Source: Myxococcota bacterium
GTDB lineage: Bacteria > Myxococcota_A > Polyangia > Nannocystales > Nannocystaceae
DNA length: 64,000 nt
Reading direction: 5' to 3'
Assembly (NCBI GenBank): GCA_039028615.1
Contig: JBCCHT010000002.1
Span: forward strand, 192,001 to 256,000
Shown: piece by piece, positions 31,114 through 40,143 of the stretch
How the letters are laid out: every line of letters starts with the position of its first letter
Position numbering within the stretch: position 1 is the first letter of the stretch
Position numbers and translations under genes: made by a program
The notes under the pieces: model-generated
Seen by the model: the letters and a program-made list of their open reading frames with translations, nothing else
Told to the model about the DNA's origin: nothing
Database searches by the model: none

Positions 31114-32514
31114 ATGACGCGAGACCGACTCGTCCCCTCCCTCGCTTTGTTCGCCCTCGTGTGCGCCTGCGGTGACTCGGATTCCGAGACGCCGGCCGAG
31201 GCCGCCACCGAGGGCTCGACCGCGACCGACGGTGAGACCGAGGCCACCAGCGCGGCCGAGCAGGAGCCGACCTTCACCTACTGGGCGGATGCCAAGGCCA
31301 TCATCGATGCCCGCTGTGGGCAGTGCCATCGGCCCGACAACATCGCCCCTTTCGCCCTCGAGAGCTACGACCAAGTCGCGGCCGTCGCCGCCGCGCTGCC
31401 GGCCTCGCTCGAGTCGGGCGCCATGCCCCCGTGGCCTCCCGCCGACGACTGCCAGCCCTATGCCCACTCGCGAGCGCTGAGCGACGAAGAGCTCGACGTC
31501 CTGCTCACCTGGCTCGGCGAAGGGGCGCCCGAGGGTGACCCCGTCGACGAGCCTTCGGCCGAACCGAGCGACGATGCGGGCCAGACCTCGTTCGAGCCCA
31601 ACCTCACCATCGGCATGGCGGAGCCCTACACGCCCGTCGCGGAGCCCGACGACTACCGCTGCTTCCTCATCCCGTGGCCCGAGGACGAGACCCGCTACGT
31701 CACCGGGTACCGGGTCGTGCCGGGTGACCGCAACATCGTGCACCACGTCATCGCCTTCAAGGCGACCGGCGACACCGTCGCGCAGGTGCAGGCCCTCGAC
31801 GACGCCGAGCCCGGACCGGGCTACACCTGCTTCGGCGGAGCGGGAGCCCCCACCAGCTGGGTGGGCAGCTGGGTGCCCGGCTCCGACGTCAACACGATGC
31901 CGCCCGGGACCGGCGTGGAGGTCGAGCCCGGCGCCATGATGGTCGTGCAGATGCACTACAACACGCTGTCGAGCGCGCCCTCCTCCGACCAGACCCGCAT
32001 CGAGTTCGAACTCGCCGCCGAGGTCGACAAGCCCGCCGTGCCCCTGCCCTTCACCAACCCCCAGTGGGTCACGGGCGACGATCCCATGGCCATTCCCGCG
32101 GGAGAGGCCGACGTCACCTACGCCGTCGAGGCCTCCGCTCAGGCGCCGCTGTTGCGCCTACAGCTGCAGAGCATCGGCGTCGGAGCCAGCGATCCCTTCC
32201 TCGTTCATCAATCGGCGCTGCACATGCACTACCTCGGCACCTCCGGCCGTCTTTCCGTCGTGCGCGAAGGGGGCGACGACGAGTGCGTGCTGGACATCCC
32301 CGCCTGGGACTTCGGCTGGCAGGGTGCCTATCAGCTCATGGAGCCCACGCGGGTCGAACCCGACGACCTGCTGCGCCTTTCGTGCACCTGGGACAACAGC
32401 GAAGCCAACCAGCCCATCGTGGACGGCGAGGTCCTGTCACCGCAGGACGTCGAGTGGGGCGAGGGCACCCGCGACGAGATGTGCCTGTCGGTCATCTACG
32501 CCACTGGGGTCTGA
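31114..32514 (+). CDS. copper type II (PHM/DBH-like) monooxygenase lipoprotein with N-terminal cytochrome c motif
   Basis: VCAC lipobox; CGQCH; IVHHVI, QMHY, LHMH and DEMC copper ligands. Confidence 0.85.
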   Translation: MTRDRLVPSLALFALVCACGDSDSETPAEAATEGSTATDGETEATSAAEQEPTFTYWADAKAIIDARCGQCHRPDNIAPFALESYDQVAAVAAALPASLESGAMPPWPPADDCQPYAHSRALSDEELDVLLTWLGEGAPEGDPVDEPSAEPSDDAGQTSFEPNLTIGMAEPYTPVAEPDDYRCFLIPWPEDETRYVTGYRVVPGDRNIVHHVIAFKATGDTVAQVQALDDAEPGPGYTCFGGAGAPTSWVGSWVPGSDVNTMPPGTGVEVEPGAMMVVQMHYNTLSSAPSSDQTRIEFELAAEVDKPAVPLPFTNPQWVTGDDPMAIPAGEADVTYAVEASAQAPLLRLQLQSIGVGASDPFLVHQSALHMHYLGTSGRLSVVREGGDDECVLDIPAWDFGWQGAYQLMEPTRVEPDDLLRLSCTWDNSEANQPIVDGEVLSPQDVEWGEGTRDEMCLSVIYATGV

Positions 32515-32518
32515 TCCC

Positions 32519-33109
32519 ATGACGCCGCGCTGGATCCCGCTCGTCCTCGGCCTGCTCTTGTCCGCCTGCGACGACTCGATCGTCGAGCTCGAGGACTTCG
32601 ACCCGGCCGCCCCCACGTCGGGGGCCGAGATGGACCTCGAAGATTTTGCCGAGCCGCAGCCGCTGGTCGACGTCATGGCCTGGCGAGAAGGCACGGCCGA
32701 GCACGACCCTTTGCACCACGAGCGACCGGACGCGATCGATTGCCCGGTAGCGGCGTGGGGCCCGGAGTGGGGCCGACTCGAGATCCAGACCGGCGTCTGC
32801 AACTACCTGCACGTGACCCAGCCCAGCCTCACCGCCATCGAGGCGGGCGACTCGGTCGAGCTGGTCGTCTTCCACGACCGGCTCGACGCGGCCGAACCCG
32901 CGCAGGGGCATGTCGCGATCCTCGTGGGAGAGCAGGTGCTGTGGGAGCACTGGGTCGACATCCCCACCGAGGCCGCCGTCGTGCACGCGCGCGTCCCCGC
33001 CCCGCAGGCGTGGCCGGTCGGGGCCCCCGTCGGCCTACATCTCCACAACCACGGCTACAACAGCTGGACGCTGGCCGGGCTCGAGGTCCTCCCGGGCGGC
33101 GCCGAGTAG
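32519..33109 (+). CDS. hypothetical lipoprotein with HLHNHG motif
   Basis: LLSAC lipobox; starts 4 nt after the monooxygenase stop. Confidence 0.7.
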   Translation: MTPRWIPLVLGLLLSACDDSIVELEDFDPAAPTSGAEMDLEDFAEPQPLVDVMAWREGTAEHDPLHHERPDAIDCPVAAWGPEWGRLEIQTGVCNYLHVTQPSLTAIEAGDSVELVVFHDRLDAAEPAQGHVAILVGEQVLWEHWVDIPTEAAVVHARVPAPQAWPVGAPVGLHLHNHGYNSWTLAGLEVLPGGAE

Positions 33110-33142
33110 GAGGATCCATGCTATCCCCCTTCCATAGCCTCC

Positions 33143-34306
33143 ATGCTCAGCCGCAGCGCGAATCTAGGACTCTTGTGCGTCGTATCGGCGGGGTGCGTCG
33201 GCCTGCCCACGCCTCCTGGTAGCCAGGATTCGACCGGCGACGACTCGTCGAGCACGGGCCTGCCTTCCGCCGTCTCCGGCTCGAGCACCAGCTCGGGTGG
33301 CAACGTCGCCGACGAGACAACGTCGTCCGGCACCACCACCGACGCGGACACCGAAGGCTCGAGCAGCGGCGACGTCGCCGACGACGGCACCTCGTCCAGC
33401 GAGGGCACCACCGGTGGTTCCCCCGTCGAGGTGCCCTTCACCGTGCTCGACCCGACCGCGGTCCCCCTGCCCATCCGCGTCAACCCCGGCTGGTACCTGT
33501 TCGAGAACGAATCCGATTGGGATGCCCACACGGGGGCTCCCGTTCCGCCCGAGGTGGACTTTGATACGCAGTGGCTCCTGTACGGCTCCCGTGGCCCCGA
33601 CGATTTCCCCGGCCAGACCATCGAGGTCACCAGCCTGACCTTCGCCAGCGATGATCTTCGCCTCGAGGGCTCCGACACCACCTACGACAGCGACTGCGAG
33701 CGCTACCGCTTCGTGTGGCCCGTCGACACCCTGCTCGCCTTCGACGCGCTCGAGACCGATGTCCGCGCGACCATCACCGACCTACTCACGGGGGACACGG
33801 CGAACTGCGCGATGGGTGTGAGCGAGGGCATGGACTGCAACGTGGACATGCCCTGCGCGCCCGGTCTGCTCTGTGCGGGTCTCATCCGCAGCGTCGCGCT
33901 CGGCAACGGCCGCAACGATGGCATTTGCCTGCCGGAATCCAATGCGGGCGTCTTTTACGGCGAAGCCGAACCGATCCCCAGCGACGGGGACCTCCTCCAG
34001 GCGCCGCTGTCGGTCAGCGGACTCGCCACCGTGGACATGGACGTCGCGATCTGGGTCGAGGTCGATCACCCGGCCCCCCAGGAACTCATCATTCAGCTGC
34101 GCAACCCCGACGGCAACCAGGTCCCGGTGACCAACCTCGATTTTGCCCCCTTCCACCCCGGCGGGGTCGGCATCGTGCCCACCGGTTTCTCCGGCGACGA
34201 GTCCGTCAACGGCACGTGGACCCTCGTGGTGCAGGACACGGCATCGAACGCCAACAACGGGACGATCATGTCGTGGGAGCTCGAGATCATGAGCCGCCTC
34301 GACTGA
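33143..34306 (+). CDS. proprotein convertase P-domain lipoprotein
   Basis: SAGC lipobox; C-terminal VEVDHP..ELIIQLRNPDG...FSGDESVNGTWTLVVQD. Confidence 0.8.
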   Translation: MLSRSANLGLLCVVSAGCVGLPTPPGSQDSTGDDSSSTGLPSAVSGSSTSSGGNVADETTSSGTTTDADTEGSSSGDVADDGTSSSEGTTGGSPVEVPFTVLDPTAVPLPIRVNPGWYLFENESDWDAHTGAPVPPEVDFDTQWLLYGSRGPDDFPGQTIEVTSLTFASDDLRLEGSDTTYDSDCERYRFVWPVDTLLAFDALETDVRATITDLLTGDTANCAMGVSEGMDCNVDMPCAPGLLCAGLIRSVALGNGRNDGICLPESNAGVFYGEAEPIPSDGDLLQAPLSVSGLATVDMDVAIWVEVDHPAPQELIIQLRNPDGNQVPVTNLDFAPFHPGGVGIVPTGFSGDESVNGTWTLVVQDTASNANNGTIMSWELEIMSRLD

Positions 34307-34333
34307 GCCGTCGTCAGGCGCCGGGCCGGGGTC
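34281..34333. repeat. 53-bp direct repeat, left copy
   Basis: tcgagatcatgagccgcctcgactgagccgtcgtcaggcgccgggccggggtc, identical to 36002-36054. Confidence 0.95.
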
Positions 34334-35734
34334 TCAGCCGGGCTGGCGAACCGCCGCCGCGCAACGAAACCCCAAATCACCATCTCCATCGTCGCCTGCC
34401 CGCCGCTCGTCGCGACGGAGCGCCCGCATTGTGTGCGGCGTCGACTCGCGCCAGTTCCCCCCAACCACCGCACGCTTGCGCTTGCTCTGTTCGGAGACAG
34501 TCGCCGTCCACTCGGATACGTTGCCGGCCAAGCCGAGAATGCCATCACGAGACGCACCGCGTGAATGCTCAGCCGCCACGCACGTTCCCAACTTTCCTTG
34601 TAGTCGATCCCAACACGCAAGATCACGAGCTGGTGGAAGACTTCCCCACGGGAACCCACGTTGTTCCTCTCGGCCACTAGCCACCCACCTCCATTCCTCG
34701 ACTGTAGGCAGCCTTTTTCCCGCCCACTCGCAGTATCGAGTCGCATCGAACCAGTCCACGTCATTGACAGGATGTTGCTGCTTCTCAACATCGCGCCATG
34801 TGCCGTAACGAGATCTAGAGGGAGTCTCGCAGGCACCAACCTCCACACATTTTCGATAGTCGGCGACGGTGACCTCTGTGATATCGAGACAGAAGTCGAG
34901 AGAGGGACTGCCCTCGCCTCCCCGGCTGATGTACCGCATACGGTACGGGCACATGGATCGACGCTCGGACGCGGGTCTAATCGGCTGCAACGTCAACCGA
35001 ATTGGAGTCTGGCACTCGTCAACCGGAGTATCCCTCCATGTTCGAGAGCAACTTCTAGGATCGCCCCGTTGTGTCAGCTTCTCGCTCTCAACCGAAGCGG
35101 ACGCCCCCGCACCCGCTCTGGCACCAGCACCACCGACTTGCGCTCCAGCTCCGCCTCCGCGCGCATGCTGCCCGGAAATCATGTAAGCCCCAACGTCGAT
35201 GGCCTGCACGGTATGAGTCGCCCCCTCGCACCGTGATCCAGAGAAATCATCGGCGTAGAACTCGACGGTCGTGGTCTCCCAAGTACCACCGAGAGCCCGA
35301 GTGACCTGTAGTTTCTTGAAGTGGTCGAAATGTGTCTCGAGATTGACCCCACCAAGCTGAAACTGAATCATTGCCTCGGCCGCTGACCTTAGTTCAACGA
35401 CTTGCGGGTCGGTCATTGCGGCGTTCTGGAAGCGGTAGTCACCGGATGCAGCGGTGCACCCTGGCAACAGCTCCAAACTGCAGTTTTCGAGGCGAACGGC
35501 CAGCGGGCGGCTACGACTGACGGCGCGCTGGAGGTCGTTGAGTTTGAGTTCGTCCCAACCAACGACGTAAGGTCGGCGAAGCGAGCTCACGTACTTGCAG
35601 GCATCCTCGCGATCCCCGCCAAACAGCTCAACGAGGCTATCTCCGGGTTTATCGGTCTTGGCGTCCTTCCGGCAGCCCTGCATTGACAGGGCGACGCAGA
35701 ACAGTCCTATTGGAGTGACAAACCGGTGGACCAT
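34334..35734 (-). CDS. formylglycine-generating enzyme (SUMF1/EgtB/PvdO) domain lipoprotein
   Basis: MQGC lipobox; DITEVTVADY, HPVNDVDW, KRLPTVEEW, LAGNVSEW, LGFRCA. Confidence 0.88.
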   Translation of the reverse strand: MVHRFVTPIGLFCVALSMQGCRKDAKTDKPGDSLVELFGGDREDACKYVSSLRRPYVVGWDELKLNDLQRAVSRSRPLAVRLENCSLELLPGCTAASGDYRFQNAAMTDPQVVELRSAAEAMIQFQLGGVNLETHFDHFKKLQVTRALGGTWETTTVEFYADDFSGSRCEGATHTVQAIDVGAYMISGQHARGGGAGAQVGGAGARAGAGASASVESEKLTQRGDPRSCSRTWRDTPVDECQTPIRLTLQPIRPASERRSMCPYRMRYISRGGEGSPSLDFCLDITEVTVADYRKCVEVGACETPSRSRYGTWRDVEKQQHPVNDVDWFDATRYCEWAGKRLPTVEEWRWVASGREEQRGFPWGSLPPARDLACWDRLQGKLGTCVAAEHSRGASRDGILGLAGNVSEWTATVSEQSKRKRAVVGGNWRESTPHTMRALRRDERRAGDDGDGDLGFRCAAAVRQPG

Positions 35735-36001
35735 ATGGGACTCAGAATTACCGGTACAAGGGCTCGACGGCTATGGACCAAACGGGCCGTCCCAAGGCCC
35801 TTCTTCTACCTGAACCGAGCACTTGATCGTCACGACGTTGACTGTCGGAACGTTCAGCCTCGCGAATACGCTCATTGATGACCGGATAGACGGCGCCCTC
35901 TCGACGAAACCACCGCCATCGCGCACCTCACCTGATTGGCAGCGTTGGTGGTCACACTCCGGTTCGCTCGTGATCCCGAAGCAGTCGCGAGGTGGTTGTA
36001 G
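34334..36001. mobile_element. 1668-bp inserted islet bounded by 53-bp direct repeats, no recombinase
   Basis: Exact flanking duplication; visibly more A/T-rich, with atypical codons compared with the flanks. Confidence 0.7.
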
Positions 36002-36054
36002 TCGAGATCATGAGCCGCCTCGACTGAGCCGTCGTCAGGCGCCGGGCCGGGGTC
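36002..36054. repeat. 53-bp direct repeat, right copy
   Basis: Identical to 34281-34333. Confidence 0.95.
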
Positions 36055-37201
36055 CCGGCTCGGACAGCGCCGCCAAGATCATCCCCAGCGTGCTCCAGTC
36101 GGTCAGCTCGCGGTCGAGCAGCTCGCCCAAGGTGTAGACCTCGACGCTCGTTCGCTCTTCGCCGTCGCCGTGCACCACCCCGGCTTCGGTCCGGAAACGC
36201 TCCATTTCTTCGGCCGTCAGCTCGACGGCGAACGCGTGGGCGCGGTGGGCCGACACCGTGGCACCGACCTGTCGTGCGCCCAGCGGTCGTAGGCGATGGG
36301 GCTCGATCCGCAGGCCGGTCTCCTCGAACACCTCCTCGGCCGCGACCGCGACCGCATCCCCCGCAAAGTCGGGCGCCGAGCCTCCGGGGTTTTCTCGCAC
36401 GTAGCCGTCCGTCGTCGCGGCCGGGCTCCGAAACTCGCGGACCAATGCGATCGTCGATCGACGAAGGTCCCCGGGGTCCTTGTGGACCAAGACGGCGGCC
36501 GAGACATCGGGGCGGCTCAGTACGATCTCGTTGGACTTGCGGCGGCCCTCGGCGGCGACCCAGACCGAGACGTGCAGCGCCCAGAAGAACACGACCTGGC
36601 CATCTCGCACCCGAAACGCCCACTGCGCCCGAGCGGCTTCCAGCGTGTTGCCGGCCCCGCGCAGCGCCGAGTACCACGCCTGAAACGACGGGGTTCGCCA
36701 CACGTGCAGCGGGACCTGGCACTCACCGTCGTGTCGCTCGGCGCCCGGATCGACCATGGCGATGACCCGGGAGACGGTGTCGGCGAGTGCCTCGGAGTGT
36801 TCGACTCCGCAGCGATCGGCCAGCCCTCGCAGGTAACGAAGCTTGGGCGCATCGGCAGGTGCTCCGAGTACCACCTTGCCCGAGTGGGCGTAGTGCCCAA
36901 ACTCCACGTTGGTGGTGAACGCGGGCATCGTCTCCAGATCGCGCGGGACCCAGAACAGGATGCAATCGGCCCGCGCGAGCGCCTGGAGCTCCCAGTCGAT
37001 CTGCTCGTCGTACGAGCCGACGAACACGCCGTCGCGCGGCTCGGGCACGAACACGACCCCGGCAAAGCCCTGCGCCTCGAGCAGCTCGAGGCACTGCGGA
37101 CGCCACGACGGTACATCCAGCGACCGTGGCGTGGGGCCGGCGAGAAAAACCGACGCGGTCACGGCCCGAGGCATGGCCTCCTTGGCGTAGACCACGGTCA
37201 T
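36035..37201 (-). CDS. nucleoside 2-deoxyribosyltransferase-like / NUDIX fusion protein
   Basis: N-terminal VFLAGPTPR...SWR...QIDWE...ILFW...TTNVEFG; C-terminal divergent Nudix box ENPGGS...AAEEVFEETGL. Confidence 0.8.
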   Translation of the reverse strand: MTVVYAKEAMPRAVTASVFLAGPTPRSLDVPSWRPQCLELLEAQGFAGVVFVPEPRDGVFVGSYDEQIDWELQALARADCILFWVPRDLETMPAFTTNVEFGHYAHSGKVVLGAPADAPKLRYLRGLADRCGVEHSEALADTVSRVIAMVDPGAERHDGECQVPLHVWRTPSFQAWYSALRGAGNTLEAARAQWAFRVRDGQVVFFWALHVSVWVAAEGRRKSNEIVLSRPDVSAAVLVHKDPGDLRRSTIALVREFRSPAATTDGYVRENPGGSAPDFAGDAVAVAAEEVFEETGLRIEPHRLRPLGARQVGATVSAHRAHAFAVELTAEEMERFRTEAGVVHGDGEERTSVEVYTLGELLDRELTDWSTLGMILAALSEPGPRPGA

Positions 37202-37212
37202 CGCCTCGGCGG

Positions 37213-37767
37213 TCACCACTCGGGTTCGCTCTCGATGCCGAGCCCGTCGGCGAGGCGGTTGTAGTAGTTGAACAGCGCGGCGACCTGCACGATCTGGGAA
37301 ATCGCGGGGTCGTCGAAGCCCGCGTCGCGCAGGCGTTGAACGTCCTGCTGCGTCATCGACTGCGGGTGCGTGGTGAGCTTGACGGCGTAGTCCAGCATCG
37401 CCCGCTCGGCGGCGGTGATCGGTGCATCACGGTGGTCCTTCAGCACCGCGTCGACCAACGCATCGGCATCGTCTCGATCTTGGACCTCAGCCCGGAGGTC
37501 CTCGGCGTGCGCCCGCGCTCAATAGCCGCAGGCGTTGGTGCGCGAGACGGTGACCGCGATCATCTCGCGCTGCGCCCGGGTCAGCGGCTCGTCGGGCGAT
37601 TTCATGATGCGCGTGTACAGCCGGGTCGACACGTCGAGCACCTTAGGCTGCAGGCTCTGGATCGAGATGATGTTGAAGACCTTGCCCGCCCGGGTGATCG
37701 AGACGTCGAAAATCTTGCGAAGGCGACCGGTAGCATCCTTGGGTGAGATCAGTTCGATCCAGGGCAT
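37213..37767 (-). CDS. AhpD/carboxymuconolactone decarboxylase-family peroxidase-related selenoprotein (UGA at 37519-37521 read as Sec)
   Basis: Two track ORFs lie in one frame across a single TGA: REMIAVTVSRTNACGY-U-ARAH...AVKLT...FNYYNRLADGLG; 184 aa. Confidence 0.85.
37482..37501 (-). promoter_or_regulatory. putative bacterial SECIS element
   Basis: mRNA GGACCUC-CGGGCU-GAGGUCC, 7-bp stem starting 17 nt after the UGA, G-containing apical loop. Confidence 0.7.
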
Positions 37768-37784
37768 CGAGCCATTGTAGTCGG

Positions 37785-38747
37785 TCAGCGCACGGTGTCG
37801 ATCACGGTGCGCTGCGTGGCGGTGCCCGAGCCCGGCGGCGACACCGACTCGCCGACCTCCCCCGTACCGACCCAGCGCGAGACCTCGGGCGGACCGATGC
37901 GGGCGGCGTCGGGGAACGCCTCGAGCAGCGCATCGCGGAGCGCCAAGGCATCGGGGAATCGCTCGGCGGGGCGAGCGGCGAAGCAGCGGGTCAACACGGG
38001 GACGAGCGACCCCGGCACGGCGGACAGGTCGGGCGGGGCGGCCTCGCGGATGTTCTCGAGCACGTCGGCGGGGCCACGACCATCAAAAGGACGCACCCCG
38101 GTGAGCAGCTCGACCAGCATCACGCCGACGCCGAACTGATCGCTGCGCGCATCGAGGGGCTCCCCCGCGACCTGCTCGGGCGACATATAGGCGTACTTGC
38201 CCCGCCGAATGTTCACCGCCGTGTCCCCGGCCAAGAAGGTGGCCTTGACGATGCCGTAGTCGGCCACGCGCACCTCTCCGCTCCGAGACACCAGCACGTT
38301 GGAGGGGCTCACGTCGCGATGCACCAGGCCCAAGGGGCGGCCGTCGTCGTCGCCCAGCTCGTGCAGGTGCTGAAGCCCGAGCAAGCACTCGACCACTACG
38401 TGGATGGCCAGCGCGGGCATCGGCGCATGGCGACGTCGCAAGGTGCCGAGGTCGGCCCCGTCGACGTAGTCCATCACCACGTAGTAGGTGCCCTCCGACA
38501 GGCCCAGCCCCTGCACCGAGACGAGGTTGCGATGGTGGATGCGGGCCCCGACCCTCGCCTCCGCGATGAGCATGCGCTCGAGCTCTCCCTCGCCGCGAAA
38601 GCCGGGCAAGGGCCGCTTGATGGCGACCAAGCGCGAGAACCCGCTGGCCCCCAACGAGCGAGCCAAGAACACCTCGGCCATGCCGCCCCGGCCCAGCCGA
38701 CGCAGAACCGGATGAGGACCAATGGAGTCGGGAAGCGCTTCGGACAT
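37785..38747 (-). CDS. Hanks-type serine/threonine protein kinase
   Basis: LGRGGMAEVF, VAIK, HRDVSPSN, DYG, GKYAYMSPE. Confidence 0.95.
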   Translation of the reverse strand: MSEALPDSIGPHPVLRRLGRGGMAEVFLARSLGASGFSRLVAIKRPLPGFRGEGELERMLIAEARVGARIHHRNLVSVQGLGLSEGTYYVVMDYVDGADLGTLRRRHAPMPALAIHVVVECLLGLQHLHELGDDDGRPLGLVHRDVSPSNVLVSRSGEVRVADYGIVKATFLAGDTAVNIRRGKYAYMSPEQVAGEPLDARSDQFGVGVMLVELLTGVRPFDGRGPADVLENIREAAPPDLSAVPGSLVPVLTRCFAARPAERFPDALALRDALLEAFPDAARIGPPEVSRWVGTGEVGESVSPPGSGTATQRTVIDTVR

Positions 38748-38811
38748 TGGTCCTGCCGATCACGATAGCAGATGGTCCGACCCCGTCACGGGCGGGTGCT
38801 AGGCTTGAAGC

Positions 38812-40143
38812 GTGTCCACCGTCGCCACGGTCTACGGTGAAGCGCACGACTCCGGTCGGCGGCGCGTGGAGCTGGTCATCGTGCGCGGGCGCGACGAAGG
38901 CCGGGCCATCGCCCTGCACGAAGGTCGCGTGCACCGGGTGGGCACCGCCTCCGACTGCGACCTGGTGATCACCGACGAACGCGTCTCCGGCCATCACCTC
39001 GAGGTCACGCCGCAGGGCTCGGACTTCAGCGTGGTCGATGCGGGCAGCACCAACGGCACCTTTTACCAGGGCTCGCGCATCGACCGAGCCACGCTGCCCC
39101 TGGGCGCGAGCATCAAGGTGGGGCGCAGCGTGCTGCGACTGCAGCCCCGCCCCGAGGCGCTCGAGCTGCCTCCCAGCCGCGCCCATCGCTTCGGCGACCT
39201 CGTCGGCCATAGCCTCGCCATGCGCCAGGTCTTCGCCGTGCTCGAGCACGCGGCCTGCTCCGAGGTCACGGTGCTGCTCGAGGGCGAGACGGGCACGGGC
39301 AAGGAGCTCGCCGCACGAGCACTGCACGAGACCAGCGAGCGCCGTAAGGGGCCCTTCGTAGCCGTGGACTGCGGGGCCCTGCCCGAGTCCCTGGTCGACT
39401 CCGAACTCTTCGGCCATGTGCGCGGGGCCTTCACGGGAGCCACCAGCGATCGCAAAGGGGCGTTCGCCCGGGCCCGCGGCGGCACCTTGTTCCTCGATGA
39501 ACTCGATGGGGTGCCGGCCGCCGTTCAGGCCCGCCTGCTGCGAGCCCTCGAGGAACGATCGGTTCGCCCCGTGGGCTCCGATCGCGAGCACCCGCTCGAC
39601 ATCCGCCTGGTGGTCGCGACCCAGGCCCCCCTGCCCGCGCTGGTGGCCGAGGGCCGCTTCCGGGCCGACCTGTTCTACCGCATCGCCGTGCTGCACCTGC
39701 GCCTGCCCCCGCTGCGAGAGCGGCGGGAAGACATCGCCGGGATCGTGGCCGAGCTGCTGTCGCAGCGTGGCCTGCCCTCGCATGCCCCCGAGGGCCCGGG
39801 GCTGCAGCGCCTGATGGCCCACGACTGGCCCGGCAACGTCCGAGAGCTGCGCAACGTCATCGATCGCGCGGTGGCCTTGTCGCCCGGCGCCGAACGTTTC
39901 GAGCAGCTCCGCGTGTGGCTGACCCCGCGCGAGCACGAGCTGGCCCCGCTCACCGTGCGCACCGACCTGCCCTTCGCCGAAGCCAAGACCCTGGTGGTCA
40001 TCGAGCTCGAGCGCCGCTACCTGAGCGAGCTGTGGGCTGATGCGGGCGGCAACCTCTCGGCCGCCGCCCGCCGAGCCGGGCTCGATCGCAAGCACCTACG
40101 CACCCTGCTTCGCCGCCACGGCTTGATCCCCGGTGACCCGTAG
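38812..40143 (+). CDS. FHA-domain sigma-54-dependent transcriptional activator
   Basis: FHA (VSGHH, GSTNGT), GETGTGKE, GAFTGA, WPGNVREL, C-terminal Fis-type HTH. Confidence 0.93.
   Translation: MSTVATVYGEAHDSGRRRVELVIVRGRDEGRAIALHEGRVHRVGTASDCDLVITDERVSGHHLEVTPQGSDFSVVDAGSTNGTFYQGSRIDRATLPLGASIKVGRSVLRLQPRPEALELPPSRAHRFGDLVGHSLAMRQVFAVLEHAACSEVTVLLEGETGTGKELAARALHETSERRKGPFVAVDCGALPESLVDSELFGHVRGAFTGATSDRKGAFARARGGTLFLDELDGVPAAVQARLLRALEERSVRPVGSDREHPLDIRLVVATQAPLPALVAEGRFRADLFYRIAVLHLRLPPLRERREDIAGIVAELLSQRGLPSHAPEGPGLQRLMAHDWPGNVRELRNVIDRAVALSPGAERFEQLRVWLTPREHELAPLTVRTDLPFAEAKTLVVIELERRYLSELWADAGGNLSAAARRAGLDRKHLRTLLRRHGLIPGDP

Noticed and set aside
35735..36001. Remnant integrase or transposase inside the islet
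   Set aside because: The frames I translated by hand showed no recombinase or transposase motif
37213..37767. Pseudogene or two small separate genes
   Set aside because: TGA falls exactly on a catalytic Cys position and is followed by a SECIS-like hairpin, so Sec read-through explains it better
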